From the NCBI RefSeq assembly GCF_964204645.1, contig NC_134030.1:10375947-10439946 (forward strand): 64,000 nucleotides of DNA, read 5' to 3'. Both the position numbers and the translations under genes were made by a program. Shown piece after piece: positions 1 to 12,649 of the stretch. Under the pieces are notes generated by a model. It did not search any database. It was not told the DNA's origin and saw only the letters and a list, made by a program, of their open reading frames with translations. Every line of letters begins with the position of its first letter. Position 1 is the first letter of the stretch. This DNA comes from Tubulanus polymorphus. Lineage: Eukaryota; Animalia; Nemertea.

Positions 1-823
1 CTTGATCAAGTTTATGATTGATTTTCGGTGTATCTTGGTATGAATATAGCACTGGGTAGTTCTCTGAACATGGAAATCGGAGTCCCCACAGATCAGTCAT
101 TCTAGAATTCAAGGACTTTTCAAGGAGAAATTTTCAAATTTCAAGGATTGTATGTATCAGTTCCATATCCCAATTACAGTACACTCCTCCTTAGTCAGTT
201 CTGTTTATCTCAGTTAACTGTTAATTCAGTGACTTAGTAGGCAAATACAATCCTTTACACAAACTAAACTCTGGTTTTAATTCAGTAACCGCCTAAACCA
301 TTTAATTCCATGTAATCTGCGTGTATTAGACGACTACTAGCCTAACTAGATGGTACTACGAGTTGAAGTTACTCAGTTAAAGTTTGAAATCAAATTTTTG
401 TATCCAGAACTGTGGAACTGGATCCAGGACTGTGGGACGGTGGAATTTGATTCAGAACTGTGGAATTAGATCGAGAACCTCTAAATTGAATCTAGAACTG
501 AGGAATTTGATCCAGAACTGTGAATAGAAGGCCTGATAAAACAATACCTAAATGGTCCTGATAAATGACTGCCGTAATCAAAGAACTGATTGTTGATAGG
601 CCTAGCTGGTTATTTTAGTTTTTAGTTTAGTTTAGTTTATTTTGCTCAACAAAAAGACATTTCCTTAGAGCACAGAAAAAAATTACAAAATTACAATTCA
701 TGTGTGAAAACATACATAGATGGGCAAATTACATAAACATACGTATATAGACATAGACACCATAAATCTAACCTATTACCTTTTGGACACTACTGGTACC
801 GTTGAAGCGTGGCGATTGCTTAA

Positions 824-2621
824 CCCTTTAACCGGCAAGTATTTTTCGGCCTATGAGAGATTTTGGACCTTGCAAGGGGAAAACTTAATAACTCAGTAGA
901 TATGAGGGATAACCCCATACTGCATGTTTTTATGAAAGCTCTTTTCACATGCTTTCAAATGATACCATGTTTGCGAACTTTGAGAGTTACCTTCAGGGTC
1001 TGATCCCAAGGTCACAGATCCCAAGGTCATCCAGATTTTTGGGCTACCCTTCATCCCAATATGAATTATCATCAGAATCTTTCATTACCATGTCCAAAAT
1101 ATCAGCCAAACTCACTAGAGAACGTCTTTAGTGCATAGGCCATTACTACTAACGATCAGTGCTTCACCTAGCCAAAAATAGAAGGGCTGTCCGCCCTGCC
1201 CCCGAAAATAACCGCCCTTGTGCCCTTCAGATGTGTCCCATGCTCGCCCTTGTGCCCTCATCACTTGCCGTAGGTCCGCCATCCTGCCCTTGTCAGTCAC
1301 GAGTAATGAGTCAGGGCTTTCAAAATAAGCCGACGCATCCGACTGTTAGTAAGTTTCCTGCGACGGCTATGAAATATCTCGTATGATATCAACGATAGTA
1401 GCTCATGTGATCAGTGGTTATATTCAAATCTACTGCAGTCAGGGCCAAATTCGGTTTTCGTATCTAGTCGACTAGTGGTCGGAACTAATAACCGAATGCG
1501 CTTGATTTTCGAACTATTTCCGGAATATAGTTCCGACTGACGGACATTCGGTTTCCTTGAGTTCAACTATAGTCGACTAACTCAGATAACCGAAGGTGGC
1601 CCTGTGTGCCATCGTGTGAAAACGTGCCTCAGACGCGTGGCCTAGTTTAAGTTTCCAGGAAATTGGCTGACTTCCAAACTACTGCCAATCATTCTAGCGA
1701 CTGCTGTTGTAAAGCTGGTAGTGTATATTCCATGGATTGTTTCGTTTAGAACACATCGTGATGCTCTGGATCTTTTTATCTAGACTATTAGACAAATTTT
1801 ATATATACAAGGTGAAAAACTTTGTTGCGTGAACTCACAGAGAGACTCCCACAGACAATTAGTTTGAGTAGCCTAATAGCAGTAATGTGTTCTTAAGCTG
1901 GCTGCTTACCAATTATCAACAGTTACTTGCCAATCACTAACACTATCAATTTAAATCAATTAATTTGATATTTCTAAGATAAAAAATATGCAATTTCATG
2001 TAGGCCTATACACTATTGCTGGTTCTTTTTCGCTGTATTTGCTACTTGAGCTTTTTTCTGCAATTTTTTTGGTCTGTAACTGGTTTTCCAAATCATTTTG
2101 AAAGCCCTATCTAGATTAACTTCTGTTCACAGGCATAGGTGTAAGGATGTACTGTGGTCAAGTGTGTCACTCATGGCAAAATCAGAGTTAAACATAGTTT
2201 CTAGTCCTCAATCGTAGTAGGGGGTACCTCGATTCTATGCAATAGGGGACATCGCAGTTTGCCCCTAAAACAGACGTGAGCGCATTATAATGTGCCCTTG
2301 CTCCGATGGAATCACGCACAAAAATGCCCTCATTTGAAATCAGCACCCTGCCCTTTTTTAATGCAAGATGAAGCACTGAACGATATTCTCAATTTTGGAA
2401 ATCTGACCCACGTGACATGTGGTTTCCATACCCCCTTCTACATGCCAAATGTATGATATATCACTTTCCAACCTTGTTAGACATTGTAGGCCGTCTGGTG
2501 TCGCCATCTGCTGATAGGAAAATGAGTTAGAATGCTTCACCGAAATCTATACTTGACTATTCTATTCACTATAGCTGGTCTATTCAAATGGGTCGCTAGC
2601 GACCGATTGCCATTTAAAGGG
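824..2621. mobile_element. Non-autonomous piggyBac-like DNA transposon (~1.8 kb)
   Basis: TTAA on both sides (820-823, 2622-2625). TIRs CCCTTTAACCGGCAA vs revcomp CCCTTTAAATGGCAA (13/15). No transposase ORF. Confidence 0.7.
1441..1603. mobile_element. MITE nested in the piggyBac-like element; related inverted copy at ~60108-60348
   Basis: Ends AGGGCCAAATTCGGTT and AACCGAAGGTGGCCCT are inverted repeats. Internal tagtcgacta/ggaacta motifs recur at 60110-60345. Confidence 0.55.
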
Positions 2622-3026
2622 TTAAGACAAAAGTATGGGCTAGCCTTCTTTATAAAATGAGCCAGATTTATTAGGGTTTGTTCGTGGATTTAGTCACACC
2701 ACACCTGAATGGTCACCACACCGAACTGTCGATCTTCAGTGGTCTAGTAGTTGCCATACCCGAGTTCAAATTCTTTTGTAATAACGAATTGGGAACTCCT
2801 GGCTTCAGCATTTACAATGAATTCTTGTACAACGAATATCTACATTAAATTTAGTAGCGCATATATACTTTACGCGATAATAAACTTTCACAAAATCTGA
2901 GTAAATTGCGTTATATTTCTGTGAATTGATTTTTGATTCGATGCGAACAATAAATCTTACAAACAAATTGTCGCGAGAATATTGCGTCGGTTTGCTGATA
3001 CATTCAACAATTAATTGTGATGAATT

Positions 3027-3976
3027 ATGAATTCTACTCACATGCAAATCGGTCGAACTTTTCATAGTTACATAGTTCTCATGTCTGTGGTGAACAAGTC
3101 CGGAATCTACCGCACCGCGTTCCTGGCCGTTCTGCCTGTCGTGTTCCTGTTCGGAGCATTCGGAAATTCGGCAACTCCCTGATAATGATAAATCGCAGAT
3201 TCCGCGGTTTATCTTACGCTAACTATCTGATCGTTTTGTCGCTCAACGATTTCGCGGTCTGCGTCAACTATACGCTGATGCCCGTTTTACAGTCCGTTCT
3301 CTTGTACGTTAAAGACGGTCCGATATTCATCATGAATTCGCTGATCAGTTGTAAAATATACGAGTTTACGATACAACTTGCAGTTATCAATAGTTCGTGG
3401 TTACTAGTAGCCGTATCTCTAGAACGCGCGGCAGTTGTGCTGTTCCCGTTCACATCTCGTTTGATATGTACACCTAGATTCGCTAGATTCACCATATTGA
3501 TAATCACTGCTGTAAATTTTCTGGTTATATACCTCAGCCCCGCTTTGTCGATACATTTCACCGACCGGTTTTTCGGATGTTACCACGAATTATCCGACCA
3601 AAAACAGTTCTTCTCCATAATAGTCATTCAGGTTTTCCTCATACCGTTAACGTTGATCATTTCGTCGAATTCCGTTATAATAGTTCAATTGTTCAGAGGT
3701 TCGAAAATCGTCTCGTCCGATCAGAAAACTACGAAATCGAAACGTACGACGATAATGCTCGTAACGGTTTCGCTCGCGTTCGCGATATGTACGCTCCCAT
3801 CTACTATCACCACATTTTTACCGATCCCGCCGGAACAGACGGATTTTCTATACGACATATTCGCGCAGTTCGAAATGTGAAATTGCGTCGTCAACTTTTA
3901 CATATATCTTTTACTGGGACGAGAAATTCGCGAATATTTCTGTATGAAAATCCGCTGTAGAAATTACGTCAAATAA
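3027..3976 (+). pseudogene. Class A GPCR pseudogene, tandem duplicate of 8718-9665
   Basis: Colinear with the intact copy, including ~250 bp upstream. A 1-nt deletion near 3177 (gcaactccctga vs gcaactttcctgata) shifts the frame in TM1. An in-frame TGA at 3878-3880 replaces TAT in TM7. Confidence 0.88.
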
Positions 3977-4109
3977 CCATAGATTCCAAGCATGATTCAC
4001 TTCAAACAACTTGAACCCATATTAACTGTGGACTGGTTACGATGACTTACAAATTACATTTTAATTTAGATCTTAAATTATTGACTGGTTGCAGTGACTC
4101 AGATATTAC

Positions 4110-7100
4110 ATCATAGAACATGTCATGAGCTACAACTTTTCCATTGATAATGGTAACAAAATATGCCTAGGTGCCAATACAATAAGGGAATACTTATGTT
4201 ATTGTATTGTTCAACGCCCCCTGGTATATACGAATTACCTGGCCATATACAAAATCCAATGACCTTGAATCTCACCACAATTATAGACCATGTCTTGAGC
4301 TACAACTTTCCAATTGATTGTGGTAAGAAAATATGCATAGGTACGAATATAATATGGAAATACTAAGTTATTGAATTGTTCAACGTCCCATGGTGGCCAT
4401 TTACAAAACCAATGACCTTAAAACTCACCACATTCATAAAGCATGTCAGCAGATACGATTTTGTAATTGATTGTGGTAACACACTATGCCTAGTTACCAA
4501 TATAATATGGAAATACTAAGTTATTCTAGTTATTCAACGCCCCCTGCCATATGCAAAGCCCAAAGACCGCGAAACTCGCTTAATTCATAGAACATGTTAT
4601 GGTAATGAGCTACAACTTTGCAATTGATCATGGTAACAAAATATGTCTAGGTACCAATATAATAAGGAAATACTAAGCTATTCTACTTATCAACGCCCCC
4701 TGGTGACTATATGGAATAATTAATTACCTTGAAACTCACCGAAATCATTGAACATGTCATGAGCCATAACTTTTCAATCGATTGTGGTAACAAAATATGC
4801 ATAGGCACGAATATAATATAGAAATACTAAGCAATTGCATTGTTCAATGCCCCTGGTGGCCATATACAAAAACTTATGACCTTGAAACTCACCACAATCA
4901 TAGAACACGTTATAAGCTACAACTTTCCAATTGATTTTGGTTACAAAATATGCTTAGGTATCAATATAATGTGGAAATACTTTTTTCCACCTACAAATGA
5001 ACTGATGACACCAAGATGGCCGCCAACTGCGTCATAAATGGCTGATCAAATTACCAGTCACAGGTATAAAAGATCTCTTCCCAAAGAATACCCATCACAA
5101 ATTGCAATGAAAACTGGCAAACCCTTAGGAAGTTACGGGACTCAAAATTGACATCTTTGGGCACAAAAAAGGTCACAGGAAAGCCATCTTGAGTCCGATC
5201 GACCCAATTTTTCTAATGCTGATGGGCCCTTGGGATTTACAAATATATCTAAAAGATCAAGGTAATTGATCAAAGCATCTTCAAAATTTCCCTCGAAAAC
5301 TTCAACAAGAGCCCCAAGGGGCACAATGGCCAGCCTGTCAGATTTGCTTTTTATAAATGATGTAATCTGTGGGTTATATTTATCAATATACACTCCCTGC
5401 TCAATATCATTTACATAGTAAAATCGTGTGTTAACACAGACAGCAGGAACGAATGTAATATAGAAATACTAAGTTATTGTATTGTTCAACGCCCCCTGGT
5501 GGCCATAAAAAAACCAATGAGCTTGAAACTCACCTCGATCATAGAACATGTCATGAGCTACAACTTTCCAATTGATTATAGTAGCAAAATATGCTTAAGT
5601 ATCAATTATGATGTGGAAAAACTTTTTTTCCACCTACGAATGAGTACTGATGACCCCAAGATGGCTGCCAAGTGCGTCATAATTGCCTGGTCAAAAATAC
5701 CCTCTCGGATATAAAAGATCCCTTTCCAAAGAATACCCATTACAAATTGCAATGAAACATGGCGCACCATTAGAAAGCTACAGTACTCAGAATTCAGGCC
5801 AAAATTGACATTTTTGGGAACAAAAAAGGTCACAGTACGGCCATCTTGAGTCCGATCGACTCAATTTTTCTCATGCCGATGGGCCCTCGGGGGATACAAA
5901 TATATACGAATGATCAAGGTTATTGATAAAAGTGTCTTCAAAATTTCCCTCGAAAACTTAAAAAATGTGTAAAAAGTGCTGATTTTTGCGAACAACAATG
6001 GCTGCCAGTCGGCCATCTTGAATCTGACAGGGCCAGTTTTTGGCCTGAAGATGTGTCTAGGGTAGATACACGTATAAAACAAATATCAAGACATTATCTT
6101 GAAGCGTCTTCAAAACTTTGGAACTAACACGAACTATGTAGATGGTTATCTCTCGACCTCAAAAGCTTCAAGACCCATCTCAAAACAACTTTGTTCCATG
6201 CAGCATACCATTAACTCTCGGAAAGCGAATTGTATTTAACATTTTTTGGCAGAATAAAATTTGATTGAATTTGCAATTCGGGCACATGGCTAATTGGCAT
6301 ATCAAGGTCATACACCCGATTTGGTAAAACCTTTTTTCGCGAACCTTGCGCAATTGTCAAGGATGAATTTTCTGTAGAGCAAATAAAAATTCCTCCCAAA
6401 CAACAAATCAACTAAAGATTTCATAGAAATCGATCTTGAAATACAATTTTAAATCTTAAAATAAAACCCGGAAGTAAAACAGCAGACGATACCGCGGATT
6501 CACGTGAACACCTGATTTCTGTAAACGAAATGTTGGTTGTGACAAAATTGTTCAGACGGTTTTAGGTGGTAATAAGTACGGAAACGTAACAACCATGGTC
6601 GACTTATTCGATGAAATCAGGCCTATGTGATATCCAAATTTTGACTTTTTTATTCTCCAGACCTCCCTGATATAGAAATAAAAGATTTTGGTGGTACGAA
6701 AGTGCAATCACAGCGCCGACGGGGACAGAGCCGTGTCAGAGATCGGCGGAGTGAAAATTGAGGTGGACGAACACGAAGAAGTAGGCTATTGCGCTACTTG
6801 AATCACGAAAACTCCTGGCGCGGCCCCGACGCTTTTCGTTGATTAAGTAATACAAATATCATGCAATGGGTTTTCACAATCTACCGCTGGTATTTACCGG
6901 ATTTCAATATCACTCCAAAATTCAAAGAAACCTCGAAATATCGAACCGGAACACTTCCGGTAGATATCCGCGGCTGCCCAACCGGGAAACTTATTTGTTT
7001 CAATAGATATTGATAGGATCCATCATCTTCACCCGTCAAGGGATTCGAACCCACTAAGCTAAAGCCATGCCAGAATCGGGTCGGGCCAATCACAGCGCTT

Positions 7101-7781
7101 GTAACAAACCACATTAGGCTTCTGTGGAATTTCCCAGTAAATGGGCCAATCAGCAAACACGTAGCGAACGCGGAAGTATTGTCGCGTGTTGATACATGAC
7201 GTCATGCGCAAAAGCGCCAGTAATGAAATCGCGATAATTCACGTGAACAGCTGCTGATATTTTCAGATAAACCAATCACAGGGAAGACACAACTTCCTGA
7301 TTGGCTGATAAAAATTGAAATTTTCCCGATTTAACTTTCGTGAAAAATACAGAAAACATTTTTATGAGACCCTATTTCAAAATTCTGCTCGCTACGATTC
7401 CGAGAATGGATTACGCTTAAATACGTGATTTGTTCGAATATGCCCTCACTTGGCAAGCAAAAGAGCCTTTTGTGTGGAAAAAATGTCATTTAAATTCGCT
7501 CCATTTGTATAGAAATAGGCTCAGCCTACGGCTGGCCTAAAAATGTGTAAAAAGTGCTGAATTTGGCAAACAACAATGGCTGCCAGTCGGCCATCTTGAA
7601 TCTGAGGGTCAGTTTTTGGCTGAAGATGTTTCTAGGGTAGATACATGTATGAACCAAATATCAAGACATTGCCTTGAAGCGTCTTCAAAACTTCCCAAAA
7701 TAACTGGATTCCGTCTACGGACAACGGACGAAAAGTGAATGCAATAGCCCGCTGGGACTTAAGTCCCAAGTGGGCTAAAAA
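4110..7781 (-). mobile_element. Helentron-type non-autonomous element (HINE/DINE-1-like) with ~120-bp internal tandem array, interrupted by a second HINE
   Basis: ~120-bp repeats (tcaacgccccctggtg...) at 4110-4980. Core is homologous to 41651-42913. Terminal hairpin gcccgctgggacttaagtcccaagtgggc-taaaaa at ~7747-7781. Confidence 0.7.
5305..7540 (-). mobile_element. Second HINE-like element inserted into the first
   Basis: Host sequence ...aaaacttcaa / aaatgtgtaaaaagtgctg is split here. End hairpin gcccc-aa-ggggc (5311-5322). Subterminal IR ggccagcc (5328-5335) / ggctggcc (7530-7537). A-run insertion site with no clear TSD. Confidence 0.65.
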
Positions 7782-8717
7782 GGGCATTCTGAAACTTTGA
7801 AAATCTGCTTTTTGCTGCAATTTCCAAGCAATTCAGTCCTGAAACAAAGCGCTTTCTAGCAAATTAACTGCTTTGAGATGTAGTTTCCAGGTAATAAAGC
7901 CAAAATCTTGAAGAATTATGTGCTTTTTGTTAAAATTACCTACGTCGTCTTCTAAAAATGTTTTTGAGATTTGACGGTAGCACGTGCCTATGGTGCTACC
8001 GTCTGAATCCGCGCCTGCATTGTTTTGTGAATCAAACATTTGAAATGAACATAGAACTGAATAGAACTGAGCAAGTGGGTCCAGTTCCATACAGTTCCCA
8101 CTTGAAATTTGAAAGTTGACACATAGGAAAAGAATTGATTTTAACTTTCTTTGTTTTCTTTTGTAATTCAGATTGGAAGATTTTGTCTAAAAAAAGCGTA
8201 AAATGTTTGATGGAGTTTTTAGCCATTTACCGAAACAATCGGTCGAACTCCAACTTTTACACCAGTAAATAAAGCTAAGCCGCGATCATTCACTCGATAT
8301 TAAACAATGCTCAAACAAAGCCAAGTGGGTCATTTCCAGTAACAGTTATGTACCAGTCAATGTGCCTCGTACATTTACTGCAATGAATATGAAGCACCAG
8401 ATTGGCAATGATACACTATGTAGGGTTATGTAGCCTAGTGAAAATTAGTATAATAGAAAATGTCTTGTTTGTAATAATGAATTGAAAACTCCTGATTTCA
8501 GCATTTAAACCTACAGCGAATTCTTGTACAACGATGATCTAAATTAAATTCAGTAATGTTTAAATCTTACACGAAAATAGACTTTCACGAAACCTGAGCA
8601 AATTGCGTTAGATTTCTGAGGATTGATTTTCAATTGGACGCGAACAGTAAATTTTAACGAACAAATTGTATGTAGAATATCGCGCCGGTCTGCTGATACA
8701 TTCAACAATTAATTGTC

Positions 8718-9665
8718 ATGAATAATACTCAGATGCAAATCGGTCGAACTTTTTACAGTTACATAGTTCTCATGTCTGTGGTGAACAAGTCTGGAATCTA
8801 CCGTACCGTGTTCCTGGCTGTTCTGCCTGTCGTGTTCCTGTTCGGAGCATTCGGAAATTCGGCAACTTTCCTGATAATGATAAATCGCAGATTCCGCGGT
8901 TTATCTTACGCTAACTATCTGGTCGTTTTGTCGCTCAACGATTTCGCGGTCTGCCTCAACTATACGTTGATGCCCGTATTACAGTTCGTTCAGTACGTTA
9001 AAGACGGTCCGATATTCATCATGAATTCGCTGATCAGTTGTCAAATCTACGAGTTTACGTTTCAACTAGCAGTTATCGATAGTTCGTGGTTACTAGTAGC
9101 CATATCTCTAGAACGTGTGGCAGTTGTGCTCTTCCCGTTCACGTCTCGTTTGGTATGTACACCGAGATTCGCCAGATTTACTATATTGATAATCATCGCA
9201 GTTAATTTTCTGGTAATATACCTCAGCCCCGCTTTGACGATACATTTCACCGACCGGTTTTTCGGATGTTACTACAAACTATCCGACCAAAAAAAGTTCT
9301 TCTCCATAACCGTCATCCAGGTTTTCCTCATACCGTTAACGTTGATCATTTCGGCGAATTCCGTTATAATAGTTCAGTTGTTCAGAGGTTCGAAAATTGT
9401 CTCGTCCGATCAGAAAACGACGAAATCGAAACGTACGACGATAATGCTCGTAACGGTTTCGCTCGCGTTCGCGATATGTACGCTCCCATCTACTATCACT
9501 ACACTTTTACCGATCCCGCCGGAACAGACGGATTTTCTATACGGCATATTCGCGCAGTTCGAAATGTATAATACTGTCATCAACTTTTACATATACCTTT
9601 TACTGGGACGAGAAATTCGCGAATATTTCTGTAAGAAAATCCGCTGTAGAAATTCATTCAAATAA
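8718..9665 (+). CDS. Intronless rhodopsin-like (class A) GPCR, FMRFamide/sex-peptide-receptor-like orphan type, 315 aa
   Basis: Seven hydrophobic segments with GN (TM1), LSLND (TM2), SLER (DRY-like), IP (TM5), FAICTLP (TM6) and NFYIY (NPxxY-like, TM7). Confidence 0.92.
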   Translation: MNNTQMQIGRTFYSYIVLMSVVNKSGIYRTVFLAVLPVVFLFGAFGNSATFLIMINRRFRGLSYANYLVVLSLNDFAVCLNYTLMPVLQFVQYVKDGPIFIMNSLISCQIYEFTFQLAVIDSSWLLVAISLERVAVVLFPFTSRLVCTPRFARFTILIIIAVNFLVIYLSPALTIHFTDRFFGCYYKLSDQKKFFSITVIQVFLIPLTLIISANSVIIVQLFRGSKIVSSDQKTTKSKRTTIMLVTVSLAFAICTLPSTITTLLPIPPEQTDFLYGIFAQFEMYNTVINFYIYLLLGREIREYFCKKIRCRNSFK

Positions 9666-10211
9666 CTATAGATTTCATTACATTTTAATTCGAATTCCAA
9701 ATCTAATTTGCATGGTTTAAAAAAATACAACTGTTCAATTATTTCAAATCTATACCATCATAATTTTGGGTAAAATATGAAATGGAAAAATGCCCTAACT
9801 TGAAAATAACTGCTAATAAATAGAGTCAAGTATTCTTATTCAAACGTTGAATTACAGGTACATTAACCATTCCATCTTCATCGAAATAGAATTTGAATGC
9901 TACTTACTAGGCCTAAAACCTAAATGTTTTCAAATTGCCAGTTTCTCAATATTCACAGAGTTTTCAAGGACTTTTCGGCATTTTGTTCATGAATTCAAGG
10001 ATATTCAAGGACCTTGAAAAGCATTTTTCGTTTAGCAGGAGTTTTCAAGGAATCATGAAGTCGTTGGGACCCTGAGTTGGAATGACGGAAACCGAATAGC
10101 GGACGGAGTATCTATCAAAAGGCGGAATGGCGAAAAACTATGTTGCAATTGTAATAACTAATTACTCATTTATCTGGTTTTTACTGCACGCTACTAAGCG
10201 CAGAAAACAAT

Positions 10212-10404
10212 AAACCGGTCGGTGAAATGTATCGACAGGGCCGAGGCAGATGAGGTATATAACCAGAAAAAGTCTACTGCGGCGATTATCAATATAGTAA
10301 ATCTGGCGAATCTTGGCGTACATATCAAACGAGATGTGAACGGGAAGAGCACGACTGTCGCACGTTCTAGAGATACGGATACTAGTAACCACGAACTATC
10401 GATA
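10212..10404 (-). pseudogene. Inverted fragment (TM3-TM4-ECL2) of the same GPCR family
   Basis: Reverse complement matches ~9075-9262 (atcgatagttcgtggttactagta...catttcaccgaccggttt). Confidence 0.8.
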
Positions 10405-12649
10405 GGCCTAACAGAAATACATCATCTTCAAGAATCATCTTACTTGAAGCAGATTTGACCATCAATAATTACGTTAGGCCTACGAGCTATTGAAGTAACA
10501 TACCTATCGAACAATCTGACGAGAAGTTGGCTCCCTTGTCTTAAATTCGGTACCTAGGGGTCAAAAACTTTTTGCATTTTCAGGCCCCTTGTTTTTTTTT
10601 CTTTATATAGGCCTAGAACCTATGATACTGGGGTCAAAATTGTATGTGTTTAAGGCCCCTACGGGCAGTGCAGCTTGCTATAGGGGCTGCAAATGGAAAC
10701 ATTGCTTACGACTACTGCTGCTAGCCACCACAGTATTTGCCAAATTTGGGCTGTTTGTTTCTCTTTCCGTCAGTATTTAGGCCTATTTAAAATCAACACG
10801 AACACTAACAGTCATTGAACATAACAAATCCTGAATAACTTACCAACAATTCAGTTTTTTGACGCTTTCTAAATCTGACGCTCTTGTTCTGGCCAGTACC
10901 AGGTCTTCAGTTAATTTCGGCATATTGAAATGAATATTCACATTTGAGCTCACAGACCACTATTCGAAAATCTTCTATATCCTATAGTAAAGACAAGAAA
11001 TTTGAGCGTTTAGTTCACATATAAGCGCGTATAAATCCAGGGGAAATCATGCTTTTCATGGCTGCTAGGCCAGCATCTTAAGATGCATTCAATGATAATA
11101 ATAATTCAAGCACTCAAGTGGTTTTCGCCCTATACCCAATCTAAATTTTGATATCATCAGTTTCTTTAGAGTGGGGTATCCCTGCGCAGGTATAGGCCTA
11201 CCAGTACATGTGAGCCGAATATTGAAGCGGATCGTGGTATCCTTACTCCAGACAAAACCAATCTAGGGAACCCCTCGTCTGAATACCAGTCATTGTTACA
11301 GGTTGTTTGGGGAACAACGGCTAGATACTAGACTACTTTCTTTTTTTTTAGTAGGAATGTCTGTCCGCTGGGATGTCTTCCAGGCCATATGTGACAGGAT
11401 CATCGTGAGCAGTGCCTTAAGTGTGTCGACATGACTCCAGTTAAAAACTGCTGGGTCCAATCTAAGGCAGCGCTTGTCTGATTGCCCGGGACAAGTTTAT
11501 TCTCATCAGGGCAAATAGGTTATCATTGAATATATACTGCGATGACAACGTAAGCGCGAATTAGTGTCGCAGAGGTGTGTCGTGTGTAAATGGCATGCGG
11601 GACCGGACAAGAGCATTGATCGATCTCCAACCCGCTTACAATCTCGCGTTCATTTGCCCACCAGACTTGTTTTAGTGCAATTTTATGTCTCAAAGCTAAA
11701 GCTTTTTTCCACTCAATAGAAAGGATTATCGTGCCACCAGTCGGACTGCCTGTGATGTTGTAAGGTCAGTTGATTTATGAGGGGCGAGCGAAATTTCAGA
11801 TATGCTTGTCCAGGGCCAGAGGCCAAGTCAAGTGGCTTTTGTTTTTCTTTTGAACTGTTTTTCCTTGACCTTATCGACATCGAATCCCGAGAGATGTCTC
11901 AATACGTCATACAACCTTAATTTGACACCTATCCTATTTGTAGAACTATGACAACATTTATGGGGGATCTCTTTTTCATTCTGAAACTATTTTTGATCCT
12001 GCCTAGCGCATCTTGGAGCTACTAACCTAATCAAATACCAGACTCATTCATCAAGATTTATGGATTGATGTCTGTCTGCAGACATCTGTCTGTTTCCAGA
12101 ACCTGTCATGTCAGGTCCCGAAAAAACCCAAACTCATGACAATATTTGACGAAACGGCGAAATATCTAGGCATGTGCTAGACGAATGGAAGAACATTTTG
12201 AGTTGAATGAATATTCTGACCCGTCGTTAATATCGAAAATGATTCAACAATAACGATAAGGAAAATGTTCTGACAAATAATTCATTTGAAAGGTTGATTT
12301 ATAAGAAGAAAATATTTATGTGTAAACTATGACTTATTTCTGTATTAAAGGGAAAAAATAAGTTTCAGGCATAGATGAATTAATTAATGTAGAAGTAAGA
12401 GCACATTATAAGAGAATATTTTCGCTAGATGAATCGAGGTCTTGATATTTCGTTTCCGCAATAAGACACTGAAAATTATCTGCTCACTATCACAGTTCGG
12501 CAACACTCCTCACTGTCCTGAAGTCCTGAAGTCTCACTATTTATATTCATTGTCTTTATGATGTACATGTAAAAGAGCCGAATGCAATATAGAGACTGAT
12601 TTTATTGAGACTGATTTTAAATCAACTCATCAATTTAAAGCATGAAGTT

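Noticed and set aside
400-525. ~21-bp tandem repeat gatccagaactgtggaattt; other short duplications at 33220-33277, 34500-34680 and 44575-44660
   Set aside because: Ordinary local slippage duplications with no further structure.
3268-3960. Overlapping and antisense ORFs over the GPCR copies (also 9062-9571, 10222-10458)
   Set aside because: Shadow frames of GPCR coding sequence.
7035-7070. tRNA gene suggested by GGTTCGAATCC on - (also 44090-44120)
   Set aside because: The A- and B-box-like motifs abut directly with no anticodon arm or cloverleaf. It is part of a dispersed repeat.
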